Virus record (IMG/VR): IMGVR_UViG_3300045988_132972 | Source: a virus | DNA length: 46,194 nt | Strand: one strand, 5' to 3' | Shown: positions 40,386 through 46,194 of the stretch, piece after piece | Layout of the letters: every line of letters starts with the position of its first letter | How positions within the stretch are numbered: position 1 is the first letter of the stretch | Position numbers and translations under genes: made by a program | The notes under the pieces: generated by a model | What the model was told of the DNA's origin: nothing | Database searches by the model: none | The model's input: only the letters and a program-made list of their open reading frames with translations

Positions 40386-40688
40386 ATGGAAACAGTTATT
40401 GACATTAAAGATACTGGGTTTAGCCAGGAAGAAATTGAAGATATTAATAGATGTTTAACAACATTATATTCCGTAATTGCTGGGACAATGCCACTAGACA
40501 GAAATTTTGGCATCAATATAAATGAGATAATGGGATATCCAACAGAAGTTGCAAAGAATAAGTTATCTGTAGAGATTATCTCGAAAACCAGAATATATGA
40601 ACCTAGAGTAAGTGTATACAAGGTTGAATGCGAGACATTACAGGACGGGCAAATTAAGCCACACATTTATGTTAAGAAGGGAGAATGA
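40386..40688 (+). CDS. Baseplate protein W / gp25-like
   Basis: 100 aa. ..MPLDRNFGININEIMGYP...AKNKLSVEIISKTRIYEPRVSV. Confidence 0.8.
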   Translation: METVIDIKDTGFSQEEIEDINRCLTTLYSVIAGTMPLDRNFGININEIMGYPTEVAKNKLSVEIISKTRIYEPRVSVYKVECETLQDGQIKPHIYVKKGE

Positions 40689-40689
40689 T

Positions 40690-41832
40690 ATGGGAACTGT
40701 GACAGATAAATTTCCTGATATTAGTTTCATTAAAGATACTAAGGTTGAAGAATTATTAAGCCATATGATAAATGATTATCAGGACAAATATAAGGAAATA
40801 ACAGGAAAAGAAATATCCTTAGCAAAAGCAGACCCGTACAGGCTGATAATATACGCGTGTGCGCTTCAAATATATCAGGCAATGCAATATGCCGATAGAG
40901 CGGGGAAAATGAGTTTCTTAAAATATGCCAAAGGTGAATACCTTGACAATCTGTGTGCGTTGAAGGGAATTCATAGAATTGAATCAAAACCGGCGGTAAC
41001 TACTCTGGAATTCAGTATAAAACAACCTTTGGAATCTGCAGTAAGCATTCCGGCTGGAACACGCGCCACAAATGGAAATGATTTATTTTTCGCAACGGAC
41101 AAGTATGTTCAGATTGAAGCAGGAGAAACAAGCGCATCAGTCAATGCAACATGTACAACAGCAGGAACTTGCGGAAATGGCTTTGAAGATGGGGAGATTA
41201 ATGTAATGGTAAATAGCCTCCCTTACATTGTGTATGTTAGAAATACTACTCGGACAACGGGTGGATGCGATTTAGAAAGTGATGATTCATTAAGGGACAG
41301 AGCTTATAATGTCCCTAATTCATATTCAACAGCAGGACCTTCAGGGGCATATGAATATTATGTCAAACAGGTGGATTCAGGGATTGATGATGTTGTAATC
41401 AGGTCTGACACAGCCGGAGAAGTTGATATATTAATTACGGCAAACGGAGGAGCTCCAAGCGAAGATTTAATTAAACGCGTTACAGAAGCATTGAACGATA
41501 GAAGTATTAGACCTTTAACGGATAATATTAAGGTCAAAGCACCGAAACAACAGGCGTATGATGTATCATTAACTTATTTTATAGGAGAAGAAGATCAAGC
41601 TGCAGTATCAGCGATTCAAAGCAATGTAGAGTCTGCAGTAAAGGCATACAACAAGTGGCAGACAAAGAAGATAGGAAGGGACATAAACCCGTCATACTTA
41701 ATACAGAAAATCATGGAAGCAGGGGCAAAGAGAGTAAACATTAATGCTCCTGCTTTTCAAATGCTTGAAAACGATACGATAGCAAAGGCTGGTGATGTGA
41801 CAATTACATATGGAGGTGTAGAAGATGATTAA
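40690..41832 (+). CDS. Baseplate J-like protein
   Basis: The ATG at 40690 lies after GGGAGAATG. 380 aa, at the canonical position after W. Confidence 0.85.
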   Translation: MGTVTDKFPDISFIKDTKVEELLSHMINDYQDKYKEITGKEISLAKADPYRLIIYACALQIYQAMQYADRAGKMSFLKYAKGEYLDNLCALKGIHRIESKPAVTTLEFSIKQPLESAVSIPAGTRATNGNDLFFATDKYVQIEAGETSASVNATCTTAGTCGNGFEDGEINVMVNSLPYIVYVRNTTRTTGGCDLESDDSLRDRAYNVPNSYSTAGPSGAYEYYVKQVDSGIDDVVIRSDTAGEVDILITANGGAPSEDLIKRVTEALNDRSIRPLTDNIKVKAPKQQAYDVSLTYFIGEEDQAAVSAIQSNVESAVKAYNKWQTKKIGRDINPSYLIQKIMEAGAKRVNINAPAFQMLENDTIAKAGDVTITYGGVEDD

Positions 41833-42658
41833 TCTACAAGATGGTCATATAACAGATATTCTTCCTGAATATTTTAATAGCATGCCAGAGGTGCAGGCGT
41901 TAAGCTGCGCTATATCTAATGCATTATATAATCTGATTGAATACTGCAAAAGTACAAGTGTATATTCCAAAATAGATGTTGCAAACAGCCAGGTATTAGA
42001 TATGTTGGCCACAGAGTTAGATGCACAGTATTATGACACAGAACTTGATATTGCCGCAAAGAGGCAAATTGTAAAAAAAGCGCTTATATGGCATATGAGC
42101 GCCGGCACGCCCTCTGCGGTGGAAGAACTTATAACGGCAGTATTCGGAGAAGGAACAATTGAGGAATGGTTTGAATATGGAGACAATCCGTATTTTTTTA
42201 AAATCAAAACAAACGCAAAATTGACAGAAGATATTAACACCAGATTTAGCTCAATGCTTAAGAAGGTAATCAATACAAGGTCACATATAAGGGCAATTGA
42301 AATCCACAGGGAAGCCAATCAAACAATATATCCTTGTTTTGGTGCGATAACAATTTCTAAACCTGCCGCAATAATAGACGGATATAGCGAAAAACGAGAT
42401 ATGATATGCACAATAATTCCTGCTTTAGGCGAAAGTAAAATTACAAAACCACAAGCTGTATTAGAGGGCATAAACATTAAACATGATGATATCTTGGACA
42501 CTGCTTCTTATGGAATTGCGGCCATGCAAAAAACGATTATGCCAGAAATAAGAGAGTCTAAAAGAATTGAATCGGAAGCAATCATGCAGGCTATCACAGC
42601 GTCCTTTAATGTCGCTGATAGTATATATAAGAATACAATAAAAGAACAGGAGGAATAA
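41825..42658 (+). CDS. Tail protein I-like (P2 gpI / XkdU analogue)
   Basis: 277 aa after J. The N-terminus ..ITDILPEYFNSMPEVQALSCAI is typical. Confidence 0.7.
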   Translation: MINLQDGHITDILPEYFNSMPEVQALSCAISNALYNLIEYCKSTSVYSKIDVANSQVLDMLATELDAQYYDTELDIAAKRQIVKKALIWHMSAGTPSAVEELITAVFGEGTIEEWFEYGDNPYFFKIKTNAKLTEDINTRFSSMLKKVINTRSHIRAIEIHREANQTIYPCFGAITISKPAAIIDGYSEKRDMICTIIPALGESKITKPQAVLEGINIKHDDILDTASYGIAAMQKTIMPEIRESKRIESEAIMQAITASFNVADSIYKNTIKEQEE

Positions 42659-42660
42659 TT

Positions 42661-43260
42661 ATGCCACAATTGTTCAATAACGCTGTCCTGACAGACAAAG
42701 GAGCAAAGCTTCTTGTTAGGGCGCAGGCGGGAGAAATTAAACTGCAGTTCACAAGAATGGCAACGGGCAATGGAACATATACAGCATCAGAAAAAACGGT
42801 GCAGTCATTGCAGAAGGCAACAAAACTAAAAGCACAGAAAAACACTTATGCGTTATCAAGTATAAGCGTATATAGCGAACATTCTGTGAAGCTTACAGCA
42901 TTAATAACTAACTATGATCAAGTTAAAGAAACAATACTTGTGTCTGCAGGTTACTACATTAACGAGATAGGTATTTTTGCTAAACCGCAGGGCGCAGCGG
43001 ATACAGAAGAAGTATTATATTCAATTGCTGTAGTTGCGGGTGATACAGGTGATTTCATGCCGCCGTATAACGGATATAATCCGGCACAGATTGTACAGGA
43101 CTATTATGCAACGGTTGATAATAGCACCCAGGTTACAATTAAAACGGCGGGGGCGGCACTCTTAGCGGAAGATGCAAATGTGATTGTAGACGATAAAACT
43201 AAGGTGAAGTATAGGCTTGGAATTGAAGATGGGAATATGTACTATGTGGAGGTAGAATAA
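42661..43260 (+). CDS. Tail-collar fibre protein (DUF3751-like)
   Basis: MPQLFNNAVLTDKGAKLLVRAQAGEIKLQFTRMATGNG. Confidence 0.7.
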   Translation: MPQLFNNAVLTDKGAKLLVRAQAGEIKLQFTRMATGNGTYTASEKTVQSLQKATKLKAQKNTYALSSISVYSEHSVKLTALITNYDQVKETILVSAGYYINEIGIFAKPQGAADTEEVLYSIAVVAGDTGDFMPPYNGYNPAQIVQDYYATVDNSTQVTIKTAGAALLAEDANVIVDDKTKVKYRLGIEDGNMYYVEVE

Positions 43261-43263
43261 ATC

Positions 43264-44502
43264 ATGGCTAAAAAGGTAAACATTGCAAGACAGGACACTC
43301 TTGAAGAAGTACTTAATATTATCAAAACAGAGGCGGTATATGGCTTTATTGAACACAATGCAATATTAGCGCCTGGTACTAGAATTGAGTATATAGGTGC
43401 TAACAAAAACTACACGCCTATCACGATTACAAAAGGTGGAGGGTATTCACTGGGAGATTGGGGAGATTTTCCGTGGCTTAAAGCTAATAAGCCATATATG
43501 GTCAGATCAGATGGAACAGCAGACTACAGGCTGGACGAGAACGATTATACAAAAAAGGAAGATGGAACGGCATCAGATGTTGCAAATGCAGATTATGATG
43601 GCGGAGCATTTGCATGGGCGCAAAAGATATATAAGAGAGAATATACATCAGGAGACGACAGATATGTATTATTCAGGTTTGAGAAGGCAGATGGTTTTGA
43701 ACCTATAGGCTTTATTGATTCTGATAATAAAGAGCTTGAAGGCGTGTGGATTCCAATGTTCTACGGCTCTATCATAAGCGACAAAATGAAATGCATATCA
43801 GGAAATCAGCCAGTATATAATAAAAATACTTCTCAAGAAAAAGCTGCTATTGACGCTTTTGGTACAAGAGCAAAATTTTTCGGTGGATCGATTGTTAATA
43901 CATTGGTAGATTTAATGCTTATGTTTGGAAGAAACAGTGATTTACAGGAGGTATATGGAACGGGAAACTGCGGAGGACATGATGCAAGTCAGGAACCAAC
44001 ATATGGAGTTAAAAGAAATGCTGTTGTTAATGGCGGACAGTTCTATGGAACTAATGATAATACAAGTCTTAACAAGATATTCCACTCAATTGTATTAGGC
44101 TCATATAATCAATGGCTAAGAGATCCATATGTTATATGCGTAAATGGAGAACTGAAGGTTAGCAAGAATTATACATATGATATATCTGGCGCAAGCTATG
44201 AAACTACAGGAATTAAGTATTTGATTGATGATACTAACTGGCATTATCCAAGCAGATATGTTTCTGTTGCAGGATTTGGTTCGGTTCCAGAAATGCCATT
44301 TAAGGGAAGCACAAAGCTTGGAGGCTGTGATGGAATTATTGTTAGTGAGACAATAACGGCGCTTTCTCTCTTATTCGGTAGTTGTCACTATGGGTTTGCT
44401 ACAGGACCTCGTGCGCGTTTTTTGAGCTATACCGCTGGTACTGCGTACTGGGGCGTGGGCGCTGCTATTCTTCTCCTTCCGCCTGTCGGCATAGGTGCTT
44501 AA
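43264..44502 (+). CDS. Tail fibre / receptor-binding protein
   Basis: 412 aa. Called by position after the collar fibre. Confidence 0.6.
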   Translation: MAKKVNIARQDTLEEVLNIIKTEAVYGFIEHNAILAPGTRIEYIGANKNYTPITITKGGGYSLGDWGDFPWLKANKPYMVRSDGTADYRLDENDYTKKEDGTASDVANADYDGGAFAWAQKIYKREYTSGDDRYVLFRFEKADGFEPIGFIDSDNKELEGVWIPMFYGSIISDKMKCISGNQPVYNKNTSQEKAAIDAFGTRAKFFGGSIVNTLVDLMLMFGRNSDLQEVYGTGNCGGHDASQEPTYGVKRNAVVNGGQFYGTNDNTSLNKIFHSIVLGSYNQWLRDPYVICVNGELKVSKNYTYDISGASYETTGIKYLIDDTNWHYPSRYVSVAGFGSVPEMPFKGSTKLGGCDGIIVSETITALSLLFGSCHYGFATGPRARFLSYTAGTAYWGVGAAILLLPPVGIGA

Positions 44503-44568
44503 AGAGTGTCGAGAGGAAATGGTTTACATGCATAAATACTAAGAAAATTAAAAGGAGGCAAAATAAAC

Positions 44569-44832
44569 ATGAAACAGTGGAAAAAAGAAATATGCGATAC
44601 GCAGCCAGAGGAAGTACAGCTTATTGCGCCAGAATTATTAATGCAGCGTCGCAATATTAAAGTTGTAGAGCATGAAGCAACAGACAATATGGAAGCATAC
44701 ACTGATTACGAATGTGAAAGCAGGGAAATAAGTGTATCAGAGTATGAAATGATCAAAAGCGTTGAACAGATTAACACGGATAAAGCGATTGAAGATTACA
44801 CATTACAGCTCATGGAAGAGGGGGTATTATAA
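44569..44832 (+). CDS. Hypothetical protein (XkdW position)
   Basis: ORF track. SD AAAGGAGG. Confidence 0.65.
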   Translation: MKQWKKEICDTQPEEVQLIAPELLMQRRNIKVVEHEATDNMEAYTDYECESREISVSEYEMIKSVEQINTDKAIEDYTLQLMEEGVL

Positions 44833-44972
44833 TGAGTACATTTGCGGTTGTTCTTAAGAGACTATACTCAAAAGGAGAGGTAACAAAAGAACAGGTGAAA
44901 GAGAGAGTCACTAGCGGGAAGATAACAAAAGAAGATTATAAATACATAACCGGAGAAGATTATGCTAAGTAG
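44832..44972 (+). CDS. xkdX: XkdX-family protein (46 aa)
   Basis: Found by hand: MSTFAVVLKRLYSKGEVTKEQVKERVTSGKITKEDYKYITGEDYAK, matching the XkdX ..y..g..t.e.vk..V..g.IT.e.Y..ITGe.Y signature. Confidence 0.75.
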   Translation: MSTFAVVLKRLYSKGEVTKEQVKERVTSGKITKEDYKYITGEDYAK

Positions 44973-45141
44973 TATTGAAATTATTGATACACAGAACACA
45001 ATAATTAAGATGCAGTCTGAGATTATATATGATTTATTTGGACTGCTAAAGCAATATGTAAGCGTAGAAGAACTAGACAACATTCCTGCTATAAAAAAGA
45101 TAAATGATGTAGCGAGAATGAATGAAGAAATTGAATGCTAA
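44962..45141 (+). CDS. Small hypothetical protein (59 aa)
   Basis: Found by hand: MLSSIEIIDTQNTIIKMQSEIIYDLFGLLKQYVSVEELDNIPAIKKINDVARMNEEIEC. SD GGAGAAG. A terminator follows. Confidence 0.5.
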   Translation: MLSSIEIIDTQNTIIKMQSEIIYDLFGLLKQYVSVEELDNIPAIKKINDVARMNEEIEC

Positions 45142-45142
45142 A

Positions 45143-45175
45143 AGCTGGCCAGAATGGTCAGCTTTTATTGTTGTT
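45143..45175 (+). terminator. Terminator after the tail module
   Basis: AGCTGGCCA pairs with TGGTCAGCT (one G-U pair), followed by TTTATTGTTGTT. Confidence 0.7.
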
Positions 45176-45249
45176 AGGAGGTGCTTCTATGTACTATGAC
45201 GATTCATAGCTTTTACCTTGAATTAATAAAAAATAGGAGGATTGATAAT

Positions 45250-45702
45250 ATGGTAACATTAAAGACTATTTATATGGCGGCTGCACACAACAAAATAATT
45301 CAGCTTGTGATTATAGCGGTAATAGTAGACACATTGTTCGGTATGATGAGAGCGGCTAAAAGCCACGAACTTAATAGCTGCTTCGGTATTAATGGAGCAA
45401 TAAGAAAGTGCGGAATGATTTTTTCAATCATGTTTCTTGTGATGGTAGATTATATAACCGGATTTAATATGATTGGATTCTTGCCAGAGACCATAAGACA
45501 GCACATAGGGAATCAGATAGGCGTTTCAGGCTTTTTTGCATTGTTATACATTGCGTATGAGACAGTAAGCATATTAAAAAACATGGCCTTGTGCGGTCTG
45601 CCTGTAAAAAAATTATGGCTGTATGTTAAAACATTCTTGAGTAAATATACAGACGAATTGCCTGATGATGATGAACTTGCAGTGAATAAGGAGGAAAAGT
45701 AA
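45250..45702 (+). CDS. Holin (phage_holin_4-like, multi-TM)
   Basis: The ATG at 45250 lies after TAGGAGG. Three hydrophobic segments and an acidic C-terminal tail. Located directly upstream of the endolysin. Confidence 0.85.
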   Translation: MVTLKTIYMAAAHNKIIQLVIIAVIVDTLFGMMRAAKSHELNSCFGINGAIRKCGMIFSIMFLVMVDYITGFNMIGFLPETIRQHIGNQIGVSGFFALLYIAYETVSILKNMALCGLPVKKLWLYVKTFLSKYTDELPDDDELAVNKEEK

Positions 45703-45703
45703 T

Positions 45704-46194
45704 ATGAGTATTAGAGGAGTTGACATTAGCGATAACAACGGAACACTTAATTGGGACATTATCAAGGAACAGATTGATTTTGCAATTGTTAGAGTGGGAT
45801 ATGGCTCTAACTATGAATCGCAGGACGATAGACAGGCTGCGAGAAACATGCAGGAGCTTGAAAGGATAGGTAAACCGTATGCTGTATATCTTTACAGCTA
45901 TGCACTTAATGAAGAAGAGGCACATAGCGAAGCTGCACACATCTTAAGAATGATTGCTGGCTTTAATCCGGTATTAGGTATTTATATAGATATGGAAGAT
46001 GCAGACGGATACAAAGTAAGAAACAACAAAGATCCTCGTACAAATGGAGAAGCATATACTAGATATTGCCAGATCGTTATGGATGATTTAAAGGCGGCTG
46101 GCTTTGAGGTTGTAGGCACATATGCTAACCTTGACTGGTTCTCTAATATCTTAGATAGGGAAGCACTTACAGATAAGAAGTGGCTTGCTATCTG
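45704..46194 (+). CDS. Endolysin, 5' part (GH25 muramidase domain); continues at base 105 of the window
   Basis: MSIRGVDISDNNGTLNWDIIKEQIDFAIVRVGYGSNYESQDDRQAARNMQELERIGKPYAVYLYSY is the GH25 pattern G.D.S..QG.I.W......i.F..iR.gyG. The ORF runs off the window end. Confidence 0.9.
   Translation, partial: MSIRGVDISDNNGTLNWDIIKEQIDFAIVRVGYGSNYESQDDRQAARNMQELERIGKPYAVYLYSYALNEEEAHSEAAHILRMIAGFNPVLGIYIDMEDADGYKVRNNKDPRTNGEAYTRYCQIVMDDLKAAGFEVVGTYANLDWFSNILDREALTDKKWLAI
46091..46194. repeat. Terminal direct repeat, identical to 1..104
   Basis: See the feature at 1..104. Confidence 0.97.

Larger units (their letters stand above)
1..46194. mobile_element. Complete temperate tailed-phage genome (lambda-type head/packaging genes plus P2/PBSX-type contractile tail), circularly closed, unit length 46090 bp
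   Basis: One copy each of integrase, repressor-type HTH genes, replication genes, terS/terL/portal/protease/capsid, sheath/tube/tape measure/baseplate, holin and endolysin. The window ends overlap by 104 identical nt. Confidence 0.9.

Noticed and set aside
43397-43708. The alternative-frame ORF inside the tail fibre gene, together with similar internal ORFs (19196..19534, 19783..19983, 29423..29629, 44382..44660).
   Set aside because: They are nested in or out of frame with longer genes that have proper SD sites and module context. They have no independent signals.

Overview
This window is one complete temperate tailed-phage genome, cut open inside its endolysin gene. Bases 1-104 are identical to 46091-46194, so the unit is a 46,090-bp circle or a circularly permuted assembly. 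The signals are low-GC Firmicutes/Clostridia in style: AGGAGG-type Shine-Dalgarno sites, frequent TTG/GTG starts, XkdX, LysM domains and a cotJC fragment. Layout in order: (1) endolysin 3' part (1-699). (2) A terminator-insulated moron (917-1474). (3) A ~140-bp fragment of the sporulation gene cotJC abutting a large serine recombinase (1781-3340, minus), the probable attachment region. (4) An immunity region with XRE-type regulators and four separately promoted minus-strand small genes (3.4-6.9 kb). (5) A plus-strand early/replication region (6.9-17.9 kb) with an HUH rolling-circle Rep, an RNase H-like protein lacking catalytic carboxylates, HNH-type nucleases, an NPPY DNA methyltransferase broken at a G9 tract, PAPS-reductase-like, ASCH and DUF4406-like proteins, and an ArpU/RinA-like late regulator. 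(6) An accessory island (18.0-22.3 kb) with a minus-strand operon headed by a J-domain protein, two HTH regulators and a RelE/ParE module. (7) A ~600-bp GC-rich, almost T-free, repeat-laden non-coding island (22.33-22.96 kb). (8) Lambda-type packaging and head genes (terS, GpA-family terL, gpW-like, lambda-family portal, HK97-type protease, capsid). (9) A P2/PBSX-type contractile tail and baseplate, then holin and a GH25-LysM endolysin. I recognised no rRNA, tRNA, CRISPR array or transposase. All functional calls come from reading motifs in the translations; no database search was possible.
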